DNA of 64,000 nucleotides from Eledone cirrhosa (taxonomy: Eukaryota), in the NCBI GenBank assembly GCA_964016885.1, contig OZ024745.1:30256001-30320000 (forward strand). Reading direction: 5' to 3'. Of the stretch, positions 44,020-61,283 are shown piece by piece. The notes beneath the pieces are model-generated. The model was not told where the DNA came from and did not search any database. It worked only from the letters and a program-made list of their open reading frames with translations. The first letter of the stretch is position 1, and every line of letters begins with the position of its first letter. The translations under genes and the position numbers were made by a program.

Positions 44020-44727
44020 TGATGTACTGGGAAATTAGACAGTAGAAGTAGCATTGATAGACACATTTTTCAAATGCAGGAGGGTGCTATAGAAGTGGTG
44101 GATAGCTTCCGGTATCTAGGAGATCAGATTACCATGGGAGGAGGGTGTTCTGAGGCCATAGTATCTAGAATAAGGACGGGTTGGAAGAAGTTTAGGGAGC
44201 TGCTTCCTCTGCTGACAAAGAAGGGTTTCTCCCTGCGTACGAAAGGCCGGTTGTATGATGCCTGTTTTTAGGAGCACAATCCTGCATGGTAGTGAGACAT
44301 GGGCAGCAACTGCAGAGGATATGCGATCGCTGGAGAGAAATGAGGCAAGCATGCTCCGTTGGATGTGCAGTGTAAATGTGCGTGAACGACCCAGCATGAA
44401 TGTGTTGAGAGAGAAACTGTGTCTGAAAGGGATAGAATGTACTGTACAGGAGAGGAGACTGAGGTGGTATGGACATGTGATGCGCATGGAGGATGACCGA
44501 TGGGTGAAGAAGGTCCAGGAAATGTCAGTTGAAGGAAGACGTGGTAGAGGTAGACCACGAAAAACATGGGCGGAGGTGGTGAGAACAGACCTCATATCAT
44601 TGAAGCTCCCGGTGGAGATGATGAAGGACCGTGACAAGTGGAGAGATGCTGTGTTGAATAAGACCCGTCCCACCCTCGTGAGCAGGGAAGAGCGGACGTA
44701 AAATGATGATGATGATGATGATGATGA
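44020..44727 (+). mobile_element. RTE 3' fragment (second subfamily, very short 3' UTR), nested in a PLE; related piece at 42781-42971
   Basis: [28 protein letters not shown], (GAT)n. Confidence 0.88.
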
Positions 44728-46298
44728 GGAACTTATTCAGTTCTTGTAAATATCGCCTAAATTCAACATTTAAAAATATATATAAAATATAATTACACTT
44801 ATAATTTTTTCTACATATTGTTTGATATATTACAATGCCTATAATTTTCACTTATTAAAATTTCTTATATTATATAGATATATGATCATAAATTTTAAAA
44901 ATTTTAATTTTAATTTTAATATTTTTATATTAAAATTTCTTATATTATATATATATATGATCATAAATGTTTATAAATTTTTAAAATTTTAATATTAATT
45001 TTAATTTTAACTTTAATTTTTATTTTAATATTTTTACTTATTTTTTATTTATTAAATTTATATCCTTTACTGCTTAATATTTTTACATCTTTATTCTTTA
45101 CTGCTTAAATCCTTCATTTTTTATTTTTATTTCTAAAATATCTCATTTATTTAAAAATTACTTATTTTAAAAAAATTACTTATTTCTTAAAAAATTATTC
45201 TCTTAAAAAATTATTTTGTTTAAAAATTAAAAAAATTTTTTTAAATATTTTAAAATAATTTTAAGTATTTTAAAATAATTTTAAACATTTTAAATAGTTT
45301 AAGTATTTTTTTAAAAAGTTTTTTTTTTAGTATCTTTTGAGATTCTAAAAACTTTTTAAAAACTTTTTTCCAGAAATTTTTTCCAGAATTTTTTCCAGAA
45401 TTTTTTCCAGAACTTTTAATAATTTTATATTATATATTTTTTAATATTTTTTAATTTTTTAATATTTTTAAATATTTTTAAATATTTTAAAATATTTTTT
45501 AATATTTTTCAATATAACCAAGATGATGATGATGATGATAACCAATAACTAATTCTGGCTAAATATATCTTTCAAAACTTATATCTTCGTCAAAATGGTC
45601 CATACTAAATAATAAATAAACAAATTGGGATTTTCACTATCTCCCAATTTAAAATATTAAATTCATATTAATTTAATTACTTACACTAAATATAAATATA
45701 AACCAGTATCCCTCATAACTTATTAGAACAATTATCTATAACAGAATATACCCATATATCCACTCATATATCCATTCCTCTATTCATATACCTATTCTTC
45801 TATCTCTATTTTTCTATCTATTTTCTACTTATATCTATTCATTCTCAATTTATTTTTCAATATATATTCTTATATTTTATATATATTTACCTTTTCAATA
45901 TATCTATTTTTTATATATATCTATTTTTTTTTCTTTATACCTATAAAACTTAATATTATATTGTATTATATTAGAATTCTAACAACAAAATAATTACTAA
46001 ATATACGTAACTTTAATATAAACTTATGACTTATTTACGGTATATATGTTCATCCTCTGTTAAATTTCTCTCTCCTCTCTATTTTTCTATATATCTCATA
46101 ACAGTAATTTTTTTTTCTTCTCATCCTCCTCCAGCGTAATTTAAATAAACGGTTGTTTTTTTCAATTTTTCATACATTCATTTGCATATTCACACATAAC
46201 TTTGAATTACCCATAATAAGTTTCCACTATCCAGCGAATTTTCGGACCGTTAAGGTGTGATTTCCATGGGTATGTCATTATTTATGAAACAAATTTTG

Positions 46299-46363
46299 TA
46301 TTTTATCTGATGAAAGCGCACCAAGATTTGCTTGGTCGCCCTTGAAAAATATATAATAAAATA
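46299..46363 (+). ncRNA. Minimal hammerhead ribozyme at PLE 3' end
   Basis: TATTTTAT-CTGATGA-AAGCGCACCAAG..CTTGGTCGCCCTT-GAAA-AATATATA-ATAAAATA. Confidence 0.6.
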
Positions 46364-46409
46364 AATATGGTTTTATAAATATAGTTTCCATTTATTATTA
46401 TCTTGGAAT

Positions 46410-46600
46410 GGGCGGTGGATTGGCAGTATCGGTAGAGGGTCGGACGCCATGCTTTCCAGCATAGTTACGTCCCTTTATGATCTGAGTTCAAATCCCGCCG
46501 AGGTTGACTTTGCCTTTTATCCTTACGGGGTCGATAAAATAAAGTACCAGTAATGCACTGGGTTATTGCTGGCCTTGTGCCTAAAGTAGAAACAATTATT
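46410..46600 (+). mobile_element. tRNA-derived SINE (copies ~810-1000 -, 11989-12180 +, 21915-22108 -, 28395-28582 +)
   Basis: Box A TGGCAGTATCGG, box B GAGTTCAAATCC, common body, (ATT)n tail. Confidence 0.8.
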
Positions 46601-46947
46601 ATCTTGGAATATTTACTCCAGTAACTTGTTGAGTGCTCTATATCAGTTATAAACATTTATGTTTGTCGGAATTCCAACAAATTGAATACAACTCCTACAT
46701 ATATATATATATACACATATATATACACACACATATATATATATATATTTATATATATATATACATATATATATACATATACATATATATATATATATTT
46801 ATATATATATATATACATATATATACATACATATACATATATATATATATATATATATTAACGATCGACTTTCGTCAAATCGGACCAAGGAAACAATGTT
46901 TCCGTTGGTCTTTCCAATTGCTAATACTATCTATCCGCTGCAACTCC

Positions 46948-46977
<30 letters not shown>

Positions 46978-46985
<8 letters not shown>

Positions 46986-48335
46986 GTGAGGTTTTTTCAC
47001 AAAATGAAAAACAAACGAGATCTCCTACACGAGTGAAAGTATAAGGAAAAAAGATGAAATCGAAAATGCCACTGAAGTCTTTTTAAGAATATTTATTTGG
47101 TTCCTTTACCAGTTTCGCAGTTCTTATGCTTTTCAAAAGTAGAATTGAGATGGAGGGTTTGTGGTTTTTCTCACATCTGGTTGGTGTGTGAATGTTACTT
47201 CTGTTTTATATGGAAAAAAAGTGGCTCGAAATGCTAGGTTTTTAGAGAAGTAATTTGGTTGGTGAATAAATATAATAGATTTCGCGCCAGTTCGCGTTAC
47301 AAAGTTCTTATTATATTTGCCTTCAGAAAAAGGCGGGCTCAAGTTGTTTTTTCATATATGAGTGAAGTTTGGTTGGTTGATGCAGTCACATGAATAAGCA
47401 CATCAGCTTTCGCGCCAGTTTGTGTTTGAATTTCTTTTTACTTTAAAAAAAGGTGGCTCACGAAGGCTTTTTTTGTAAATGTAATTTGATTGGTTATAAA
47501 TGAAATTATGACTGTCACTTGAACAAGTACATTAAATTTTGCACCTGTATTTTTGATTTTTTTTGTAGCCATTTAGAGAATTTTGTGCCAAACACCTTAA
47601 CATGCTACCCCCCCCCCCCCAAACACACATAACTCCCTCCCCCATTTCTACTAACGGAATCATTTTCCTACACACACAAATATATATATATATATATTCT
47701 CTCCATCTTAACATGCTAACCATACTCCCACACACACATAACACCCATACACACAACTCCCTCCCCCATTTCTACTAATAGAATCATTTTCTACACACAC
47801 ACACAGACACACCAACACACAAATAAACATACATATCTTTACTTTCTTTATTTCAATAGAAAGTCTGAATTTTGTCACCCCAGCACACTAGCCATATTCA
47901 CTGAACCAGAACAATTTTGTCCTGATTGAAATGTATATGTGTTGCCTTCAATGAGGTGAGTGCAGGTTCCACAATTAGAGCGACTGCATCAACCAACCAA
48001 ACTTCACTCATATATGAAAAAACAACCTGAGCCCCCCTTTTTTTGAAGGCAAATATAATAAGAACTTTGTAATGTGAACTGGCGCGAAATTTATTATACT
48101 TATTCACCAACCAAATTACTTCACTAAAAACCTAGCATTTCGAGCCATTTTTTTCCATATAAAACAGAAGTAACATTCAAACAACAGCCAGATGTGAGAA
48201 AAACCACAAACCCTCCATCTCAATTCTACTTTTGAAAAGCATAAGAACTGCGAAACCGGTAAAGGAACCAAATAAATATATATTTAAAAAAAAAAAGACT
48301 CCAGTTGCATTTTCGATTTCAACTTTTTTCCTTAT
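46978..48335. mobile_element. Non-autonomous foldback element with ~350-bp TIRs
   Basis: 47040-47390 is inverted relative to 47980-48335; no ORF. Confidence 0.7.
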
Positions 48336-48363
48336 ATATGTATATATATTATATTAAACATAC

Positions 48364-48414
48364 CGTTTTCCTGTGTCCGTAATCTTTTCTTTTTTGCACC
48401 ACGAAGTATTATAT
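48364..48414 (-). CDS. Microexon I2 (51 nt), DIILRGAKKKRLRTQEN
   Basis: CATTAG|...|GTATGT; paralog of I1 (most diverged pair). Confidence 0.75.
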
Positions 48415-48477
48415 CTAATGTTGAAAACATAAAAAAAAGGGTTAAAAATCATTTGAAACAACATATTACATTCATAT

Positions 48478-49194
48478 ATCATCATCATCATCATCGTCGT
48501 TTAACGTCTATGTTCCACGCTAGCATGGGTTTAGGCGGGAATTGTCCCACGTGAGGCAAGATTGGTTGTCTTGCTCGTATAATACTGTCTGGCGGGTTTT
48601 CTATGGCTGGATACCCTTCGTAACACCAACCACGTTTACAGTGTGGACTGGGAGGTTCTTACCGTGTTACCTACACGGCCAGATTACAGCGTCAACTGTC
48701 TGTTTTTTTGTCGTGACACCTACACAACCTCATTTATTTAGGACTGGATGTTGTGGCACCAACGTAACTTTAGGTGTAGATGGGGGTGGGGTTGGTGTGT
48801 ATTTTTGGTTAGGAGGAGCCTAATGACTGTAGGTTTCGCTTTTACTTAGGCAAGGCGGGTCTTCTGTATTATTGCGTAGCGCCAAAGATCTCGGTCCAAT
48901 GACATTGTCTTGGAAAGGGGTAAGGTCGGAATTTATCAAATCGTCCCAGCTTTTTCTGGGTCTACCTACTCCGTGGCTACCGTCTATTTTAATCGCCTTG
49001 CACTTTTTTATACAGCTGTCGTCTTTCATGCGCATCACGTGACCATACCAACGTAGTCTTCTCTCAAGTAAACAGCATCTGATCCCTCTTATTCCTAATT
49101 TCTCACTTAGTTCATTTATGCTTTGCCGTTCACGTATATTACTATTACACATCCAACGGAGCATGCAAGCTTCGTTCCTCTCCAGTCTGCGCAG

Positions 49195-49195
<1 letters not shown>
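48478..49195 (-). mobile_element. RTE 3' fragment
   Basis: ORF 48820-49164 plus 3' UTR. Confidence 0.85.
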
Positions 49196-49227
<32 letters not shown>

Positions 49228-49248
49228 ATATATTATATATATATATAT

Positions 49249-49298
<50 letters not shown>

Positions 49299-49322
49299 TT
49301 ATATATATATATATATTATATA

Positions 49323-49364
<42 letters not shown>

Positions 49365-49368
<4 letters not shown>

Positions 49369-50605
49369 CTAATCAATAAACACTTTACAACTTCACATAA
49401 ATACTATAAAATCTTTAACTCGCGCACCATTAGACTCTCATACTCCACTGCACCTAACATAGAACAACTAATTAGAAAACTCAACTCAGCAATACTGAAT
49501 AAGTACATCCCTAATGACTCAGCGCACCAGCATAGCAACATGCAACGCACTAACACGCAACCGCAACCCCACCAAACTATCCAGGATTCTACTGCAAAAC
49601 ATAAAAATAGTTGTAACTGCACCAAACCAGGTACGTGCCCACTGAATAACCAGTGCCTAGCACGCAATATTGTCTACCGGTGTACAATAAATTCCGGGAC
49701 CAACAAATGGTATTACGTCGGATGTACCGCAACTTCTTTCAAGGCTCGCCTATACCAACATCGATCTTCGATCAGGCACGAGAAAATGCGCTCCGTAACA
49801 ACCCTCGCCGATAAAGCCTGGCAGCTTCGGAGGAACAATCAAGCGTTCTCCCTTGATTGGCAAATTATTGCAGCTGCGCCTGCATATCAGCAAAATCATC
49901 GATTCTGCAAGTTATGCAATTTAGAGATATACTGCATTTTAACGTCGGTAAACAAACTTTTGAACAGCAAAATTGAACGTTCTCTATACTGTAACCATCG
50001 TTTGAAAACGACTTTTTCTTTTTTTAAATGCACATAATGTTACCTTTTTACACCAACGTTTGCAAATTTCTGTCTTATATGTTTATACATTAGATATGGC
50101 TTTCTATAATAATAGTACTAAACACTGTTTTTCTGGACCCCTTTAGAAATAACCTGCTACTATAATAGCCCTAATAACTTGTCTATGACATTGTACTACT
50201 TTGACCCCTCTAACTAAATTTTGTCCGAACAACACCACTAGAAGTATCTACTTCCCAGCCAACCTTAGCACGCCTCATTAAGCTAACTGCTGCCAAAACA
50301 TTCTCTCTTCACAATCTCTACTAGTCTGACAGTCTTAAACCCTAAGACTCCCTCCACCTTACTCACTTCCCTCTTCCCCTTCTCTTCCTACCTCCTTCTT
50401 TATCTTTTATCTAGTGTATAAAATATTTTCATATCATTCTAATACAAAGGTCTGATGACATGGTGTGTCGGCTTACAGTGTACTTTCGGTTTTTGATAAT
50501 ATTTGTGTATTATTCAAATAGCGAGGTATAGGTAACTCATACACTATAGAAACAATTGTTACCTAATAAATTCTATATACCCGCATTTCCATTTCGTAAA
50601 TTTTT
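49365..50605 (+). mobile_element. Truncated Naiad-type PLE 3' fragment (endonuclease open to stop at 50037)
   Basis: CNCTKPGTC, IVY..YVG..FKARLYQH, CKLC, CNH; hammerhead at 50448 followed by AATAAA; (TA)n flanks. Confidence 0.8.
50448..50564 (+). ncRNA. Hammerhead ribozyme with ~90-nt stem II
   Basis: AGGT-CTGATGA-long imperfect hairpin-GAAA-CAATTG-TT-ACCT. Confidence 0.6.
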
Positions 50606-50716
<111 letters not shown>

Positions 50717-51106
50717 AACAAATAAATTATGGTAAGGAACCAGATGGACCATAACGCACCAAAGTACTCAATACTTAGGGTAGTAGAGTGGGAAATAGGA
50801 AAAAGTATGACCCCGACGGCAGAGCTCAAGCCGTTTTGACGGCTATTCCAGAAATAGCCATCGAAACGGCTTGAGCTCTGCTATCGGGGACATACTTTTT
50901 CCTATATATATGTATATATATATATATATATAAATATATATGTGTATATATATATATATAAATATATATGTGTATATATATATATATATAAATATATATG
51001 TATATATATATATATATATAAATATATACATATAAATATATATAAATATATATATATAAATATATATATATAAATATATATATATAAATATATATATATA
51101 TAAATA

Positions 51107-51895
51107 TCATCATCATCATCATCATCAGGTTTAGCGTCCGTGTTCCACGCTTGCATGGGTTTGGACGGGGGTTTTCCCACTTGAGGCAAGAGTGGTTGTC
51201 TTGCTCGCATAGGACTGTCTGGCGGGTTTTCTACAGTTGGATGCCCTTCCTAACACCAACCACCTTTACAGTGTGGGGCTGGGCGGTTTTTACCGTGTTG
51301 CCTACACGGCCACATTACAGTGTGGACTGTCTGGCGGGTTTTCTACAGCTGGATGCCCTTCCTAACACCAACCGCATTTACAGTGTGGGGCTGGGAGGTT
51401 TTTACCGTGTTGCCTACACGGCCACATTTACAGCGTGGACTGTGTTTTTTTGTCGTGACACCTACACGATCTCATTTGTTTCGGCCTGGATGTTGTGGGA
51501 CCAACATAACTTTACATTGAAAGGGGCGGTGTGGATGGGGTGGAGGTGGTGGGACCGGGGGGTGTTTTGATAGAGATGCCTACTGACTGTAGTAGGTTTT
51601 TACTTTGTATTTAGGTAAGGCGGGTCTTCTCTATTACTGAGTACCACCAAAGGTCTCGGTCCAGTGACATTGTCTTGGAGAGGTGTAAGCGTGTGAGGTC
51701 GGAATTTATCAGCTCGTCCCATGTTTTTCTGGGTCTGCCTACTCCGTGGCTACCGTCTATCTTTATTGCCCTGCACTTTGTTATACAGCTGTCGTCTTTC
51801 ATGCGCATCACGTGACCATACCAACGTAGCCTTCTCTCGAGTAAACAACATCTGATCCCTCTTATTTCTAATTTTTTCCTTAGTTCGTTTATGCT
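51107..51895 (-). mobile_element. RTE 3' fragment with an internally duplicated UTR segment (like 12970-13760)
   Basis: ORF 51611-51811 plus UTR. Confidence 0.85.
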
Positions 51896-51897
51896 TT

Positions 51898-51950
<53 letters not shown>

Positions 51951-52526
51951 GCATGGTCCTACAACTCCTGTTTGATTTGTAGCGATGCTATACTAACACA
52001 TAATTTCTGGGGTATTTTGTTTAAACCTAGTGGGGCCTATCCCTTCTTCAGATCTGAATATAGCATATTCTTCCAGAGAAGGAGAGAGAGCATGAGAGAA
52101 AGAAAGTAAAAAAGAGTTATAGAGGAAGAATCATATATATATATATATATATGCTATAATATGGTAGTGCTGGTGACATGAAAAAAGCATGCAGTCCACT
52201 TGGTAAAGTGTGAGTTTTGGTGCTATGACAAAAGAACAAAACAAAACGCCATGACCTTATTGTTCGGAGGTAGCACTGGTGCCATGACAAAAAGCACCTA
52301 GTTCAGTCTGTTAGATGGTACTGCCAGAGTCATGATAAAATGCTACTGGTACATGTCGTTAACTAGTTGATATTGGGAAGGGCATCCAGCTTTAAAACCA
52401 ATGCCAGAATCGAATGTCATCTGATCTTATTAACTAGTTACAGAAGGTGACAACAGATCTAATCCATGTAAGTATGGAAAATAATCATAAAATGATAATT
52501 GTAATAATGATCAGGATATATGTATA

Positions 52527-52989
52527 TCATCATCATCATCGTTTAACGTCCATCTTCCACGCTAGCATGGGTTTGGACGGGAGTTTTCCCACTTGAGGCA
52601 AGAGTGGTTGTCTTGCTCACATAGGACTGTCTGGCGGGTTTTCTATAGCTGGATGCCCTTCCTAACACCAACCACATTTACAGTGTGGACTGGGAGGTTT
52701 TTACCGTGTTACCTACATGGCCACATTACAGCGTGGACTGTGTTTTTTTTTGTCGTGACACCAACACGACCTCATTTATTTCGGACTGGATGTTGTGGTA
52801 CCAACATAACTTTACATTGAAAGGGGTGGTGTGGATGGGTGGGGGTAGTGGGACGGGGGTGTATTTTTGTTAGAGGTGCCTACTGACTGTAGTAGGTTTC
52901 ACTTTGTACTTAGGTAAGGCGGGTGTTCTGTATTACTGTGTAGCGCCAAAGATCTCGGTCCAGTGACATTGTCTTGGAGAGGTGTAAGT
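52527..52989 (-). mobile_element. RTE 3' fragment
   Basis: [14 protein letters not shown] plus UTR and (ATC)n. Confidence 0.8.
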
Positions 52990-53422
52990 ATATATATATA
53001 TATATATATATATTGTATATGTATATATATGTATAGTATATGTATGTATATGTATATATATATATATATATTGTATATATATATATATATATTGTATATA
53101 TATATATATATTGTATATGTATATATATATATTGTATATGTATATATATATATTGTATATGTATATATATATATATTGTATATGTATATATATATATATT
53201 GTATATGTATATATATATATATTGTATATGTATATATATATATATTGTATATGTATATATATTGTATATGTATATATATATATTGTATATGTATATATAT
53301 ATTGTATATGTATATATATGTATTGTATATGTATATATATGTATAGTATATGTATATATATATATATTGTATATATATTGTATATGTATATATATATATA
53401 TTGTATATGGATATATATATTG

Positions 53423-53495
<73 letters not shown>

Positions 53496-53538
53496 TATTT
53501 TCCGTTGTGTTGTAATATAAATATTACACACAGTAGAT

Positions 53539-53592
<54 letters not shown>

Positions 53593-53633
53593 CACACACA
53601 TATATATATATATGTAAATTATATTAAACATAC

Positions 53634-53681
53634 CTTTTTCCTTCATCATCTCTTCTTTTATTGCAGCCACAGCTATGACTT
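53634..53681 (-). CDS. Microexon A3 (48 nt), EVIAVAAIKEEMMKEK
   Basis: CATCAG|...|GTATGT; paralog of A1/A2. Confidence 0.8.
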
Positions 53682-54408
53682 CTGATGTTAAAAAAATTAA
53701 CACAATGTCTTACATATCATTTGAAACAACATAATACATTGACATTATATATTTCTACTACATTGTACCTGCTTTTTGAAACTTATCAGTCTTTTATTAC
53801 ATATCTCACAGTAAGTATATTAACTATACTACTACTATATATATGAGTATATACATTGTATATATGGATTGAAAAAGTAGCAGGAGAAATGACATATTTG
53901 GAATGAACAAACAAAAGAATGAAGTTTCCTCTTCAGCCACACATGGGCAATGCAATTTCATGCCAAAAGTGTTATTTTTAATATTGAGCCCAGATTGCAT
54001 AACAGCTTAGAGCAAGCCACTGGAAAGATGTATATGAGACAATACAGCATAGAAACAGAGGATAACATATACATATATCCTCTGTTATGTGGTAGTGCTG
54101 GTGCCATGAAAAATGCCATCCAGTCAATCATATAAAGTGTGAGTGCTAGTGTTATGACAAAAAACACAGTCCATTCTGTAAGATCAAACTGTCAGAGTCA
54201 TGATAACATGATACTGGTATACATCGTTAGCTAGTTGATAGTAGGGAGGGCATCCAGCTTTAAAAACAATGTCAGATGGAACATATGAGCAAATGACAGG
54301 CGTCTGATCTGCCTAACCAGCCTCAGAAGGTGACAAGAAGTCTAAACCCTGCAAGCATAGAAAATAGACATAAAATGATAATGGTAATAATGATAAAGAT
54401 ATATTTTT

Positions 54409-54747
54409 CATCATTCATTTCATTTTACGTCCGCTTTTTCCCTGCTTGCAAGAGTGGGACGGGAACTGATTCTGGCTTTATTTCTACAGCTGGATGCCCT
54501 TCCTAACACCAACCTCATTTACAGTGAGTGCTGGGTGCTTTTTTGCCGTGGCACCTACATGACCACTTTGCAGTGGAATGATATGGACCTCAGTCCCTAT
54601 CATCTCATTTCTACAGCTGAGTAAACTGGAGCAATGTGAAATAAAGTGTCTTGCTCAAAGAAACAACACATCACCCGGTCTGAGAATTGAACTCACAACT
54701 TTTCGATTGCAAAGCCAATGCTCTAACCACTAAGCCATGTGCCTCCA
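54409..54747 (-). mobile_element. tRNA-headed SINE with RTE-derived 3' tail
   Basis: Reverse complement of 54934-55278. Confidence 0.8.
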
Positions 54748-54845
54748 CATATATATATATATAATCATCATCATCAGCATCAATTTACGTCCACTTTTCC
54801 CTGCTTGCAAGATATATATATATATATAAATTATATTCAACATAC

Positions 54846-54896
54846 CGTCTTCAGGTGGCAGCATTCCTTCTCTTTTCAAAGTAGCAATTTGATTTT
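54846..54896 (-). CDS. Microexon B3 (51 nt), ENQIATLKREGMLPPED
   Basis: CATTAG|...|GTATGT; paralog of B1/B2. Confidence 0.8.
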
Positions 54897-54933
54897 CTAA
54901 TGTTAAAGAAAAGAATTAGAAACAACATATTAA

Positions 54934-55278
54934 TGGAGGCACATGGCTTAGTGGTTAAAGCATTGGGCTTGCAATCGAAAGGTTGTGAGTTCAATTCTCA
55001 GACTGGGTGATGTGTTGTTTCCTTGAGCAAGACACTTTATTTCACATTGCTCCAGTTTACTCAGCTGTAGAACTGAGATGAGAGGGACTGAGGTCCCTAT
55101 CATTCCACTGCAGAGTGGTCATGGAGGTGCCACGGCAAAAAAGCACCCAGCACTCACTGTAAATAAGGTTGGTGTTAGGAAGGGCATCCAACTGTAGAAA
55201 TCAAGCCAGAATCAGTTCCCGTCCCACCCTTGCAAGCAGGGAAAAGCGGACGTAAAATGATGATGATGATGATGATGA
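54934..55278 (+). mobile_element. tRNA-headed SINE with RTE-derived 3' tail
   Basis: Box A TGGCTTAGTGG, box B GAGTTCAATTC, core GTTTCCTTGAGCAAGACACTTTA, 3' end shared with RTE plus (GAT)n. Confidence 0.8.
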
Positions 55279-55622
55279 TATTACATTGACTTTCCTCTCC
55301 TCATATTATATGTATATATATAGTACCATAACTCCTGGTAGAGTTGTAAAGATGTTATAGTGACACAGCATTTCTGGGGCATTTTGTTGGTAGAACCCAT
55401 CCCTTCTCTTGATCTGAATATAGCATATTCTCCCAGAGAAGGAGAGAGAACATGAGACAAAAGGAAGTAAAAAAGAGTTATAGAGGAAGGATCATTTCCC
55501 TTGGCAAGATGAAAAGAAAGTTGACCTCAGCAGGATTTGGACTCAGATCACATTTGATTTGGAAGAGGAAATCCTGCTAAGTCTATCGAATGTTCTAACA
55601 ACTGACAATTTGTGACCTATAT

Positions 55623-55660
<38 letters not shown>

Positions 55661-55661
55661 T

Positions 55662-59922
<4,261 letters not shown>

Positions 59923-60186
59923 TAGATATAGATATATATGTGTATCCATATATAGAAACCTTGTAGTGGGAGACCCAGGAAGACTTGGGATGAATTTATA
60001 AAATGAAGCCAGAATCAGTTCCTGTATGAGCAAGACAAGGTCAGCCGACTGGACACTACCCACAACAGGACAACCTGTCTAACCCATGCTAGCATGGAAA
60101 AACAGACGTAAAACGGTGATGATGATGATTATATATATATGTATATATATAATATAAGATCAAAAGATGGTTAAAGGAGTTCCATG

Positions 60187-60257
60187 TATTTTATTATGCT
60201 CATTTCAAAAACAAACATCATCATGCAATAATATTTGTGTTTTCATCAGATAAAACA
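60187..60257 (-). ncRNA. Minimal hammerhead ribozyme of the intact PLE
   Basis: TGTTTTAT-CTGATGA-stem II-GAAA-TGAGCATA-ATAAAATA, ~1 kb downstream of the ORF stop. Confidence 0.7.
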
Positions 60258-61283
60258 GGAGAACATGATATGAAGGCTAAAAAACACTTGTGGATAGTGC
60301 AGTTTTAAATCAACATATGAAAAGTGGTTTTAGATTGATGTGTGATATTGGGAAAAATATTTTATTTAGAGAGGGGGGGGTGGAAAGGATGAAAAAGGGG
60401 AGGAGATGAGAGGGAGAGATGGGTGATAGAGAGAAAGAGATAGTTTTTATAACTGAGAGGAGATATATTGTTTTACATAGAGAGGTTGAAAACCGTTGGA
60501 AGATAATGTATAAATTAAAAAAATTTGAAAATTAACGAAAGGAGGATATGTGCGAGGAAAAAATATTTTATTTAGGGAGGGGGGGGGGGGGGTGAAAAAA
60601 GGGGGAGGAGATGAGAGTGAAGGTGGAGAGGGAGAGATGGGTGATAGAGAGAAAGAGATAGTTTTTATAACTGAGAAAAAGATATATTGTTTTACATAGA
60701 GAGGTTGAGAACCGTTGGAAGATAATGTATAAATTAAAGGAATTTGAAAATTAACGAAGGGAATTTATGTATGAAGATAGAGAGAAGAAATAATAATTGT
60801 GGATGAATATTCTAACGTCAAAAAAAGGGTATGTTGATAAGTATTGTGGCAATTTCAAAATTAACGAAGAGAAAAATTATTAAGGTTTGTGTGTAGAAGG
60901 ATTTGAGAAAAATAATGTGAAGTTAAAGTTTGTATATTGAAGGAATTGATAATATATGCGAATAAAGAGTTAATATGTATTAAGAATGAGTTCGTTGATG
61001 GGGAGAAAAAAATAATAAATTAAGGATGAAATTGAGATTAAAAAGATTTATGATAGAGAGAAAAAATAATAATGATTGCGGATGAATATTCTAACGTCAA
61101 AAAAACAAATGTATATGTTATGAAGGATTTTACAAGGTGAAGATAGAATGAGGGTAATGAGTAAACAAGTATTATAGAGTGTATAATGCCCTTTAAAGTA
61201 AAGTGGGAAGATGGGTATATTTTAAAGAGGTGTATGTATATGTGCCTTTGAGAAAAGATTCTAAATTGATAAAGAATTGAATA

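Larger units (their letters stand above)
43425..46698 (+). mobile_element. Truncated Naiad-type PLE, interrupted by an RTE (44020-44727) and a SINE (46410-46600)
   Basis: CNCRIKPNC, VVY..YIGST..FKSRFNNH; long AT-rich 3' region; hammerhead at 46299. Confidence 0.75.

Noticed and set aside
44730-46100. Very AT-rich 1.4-kb tract resembling a mitochondrial control region
   Set aside because: Lies between a PLE endonuclease and its hammerhead, so best explained as PLE 3' UTR
54934-55010. tRNA-like sequences (also 46410, 11989)
   Set aside because: SINE heads fused to SINE bodies, not complete tRNA genes
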